From Moniliella sp. 'wahieum' (taxonomy: Eukaryota), in assembly GCA_003971905.1 (NCBI GenBank), contig RSEE01000024.1:186001-250000 (forward strand): DNA of 64,000 nt, written 5' to 3'. Position 1 is the stretch's first letter; each line of letters begins with the position of its first letter. This document shows, in pieces, positions 63,568-64,000 of this stretch. A program made the position numbers and the translations under genes. The notes under the pieces are model-generated. The model did no database searches and was not told the DNA's origin. It saw nothing but the letters and a program-made list of their open reading frames with translations.

Positions 63568-64000
63568 TCTGATCGATGCCTCACGGGGAAGGGGGGCGGA
63601 GGCAGGAAAGGGAGCGGACGGAGGCGGAGGCAAGCGAGGAGCACAGGGTGGTGCCCAGTGGGGAACGGATGGACAGACGAAGTGGAGGGATGGAGGACGC
63701 GTCAAGGCGTCGAGCGTGCAGGCGTCCAAGGAGCAAACGCCAAAGCCGGCCCCGGACAAAAGATAACAAATTTCTCAAATCGTCTGCCTTGCGGAGACAA
63801 GCGCCGGCCCACCGCAAATCCCCGCCGCCATCGCAGCCGCCGCGCCAGCAGTGCGCGCCAGTGCCTGCCAGTGCGCGCCAGTGCCCCACCCAGCAGGGCA
63901 AACGCCCACACAGGCCCCACGCCGATCGGAGGCACGACAGCCGCCCTGTGCCGTGCTCGGTCACCGGTCATCGGCCGGTCATCGCTCGATCATCAGTGCA

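Overview
A gene-dense, GC-rich fungal chromosome segment. Short GT-AG introns with CTRAC branch points, plus protein sequences that resemble smut-type basidiomycete orthologues, suggest Ustilaginomycotina (inference, no search run). I can support about 27 protein-coding genes, mostly housekeeping: a DMT/EamA transporter (partial), a hidden GPI-anchored Ser/Thr-rich protein, VTC4, an SH3-RasGEF, an amino-acid permease, a BAR/IMD-like hypothetical, VRG4, MCD4, DTD1, UAP1, SPT20, 1-Cys PRX1, RET3, FMN1, THR4, a LAMMER kinase, RFC3, a Pex8-like protein, TIP20/RINT1, NDUFA2, an ALDH, roadblock dynein light chain, COX12, a reductase-less ARG6-type NAGK, HSF, a DAL5-type MFS permease and a YMC1-type mitochondrial carrier. 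Most genes are broken by 1-nt indels, often at homopolymers and also in normally essential genes, which points to unpolished long-read consensus errors; gene boundaries are therefore approximate. I found no supportable rRNA, tRNA, CRISPR array or transposon. The most unusual signal is non-coding: many upstream regions carry locally amplified, often 7-nt-period arrays built on palindromic cores (TTCAAGC, TTGAACG, TGACATG, GATCGAT), and there are patches with an inverted TpA/ApT ratio. Other leads are the stand-alone NAGK-DUF619 gene, PTS1-like tails on the ALDH and the Pex8-like protein, and the VRG4-MCD4-UAP1 glycosylation neighbourhood. None of these amounts to a demonstrated new system from sequence alone.
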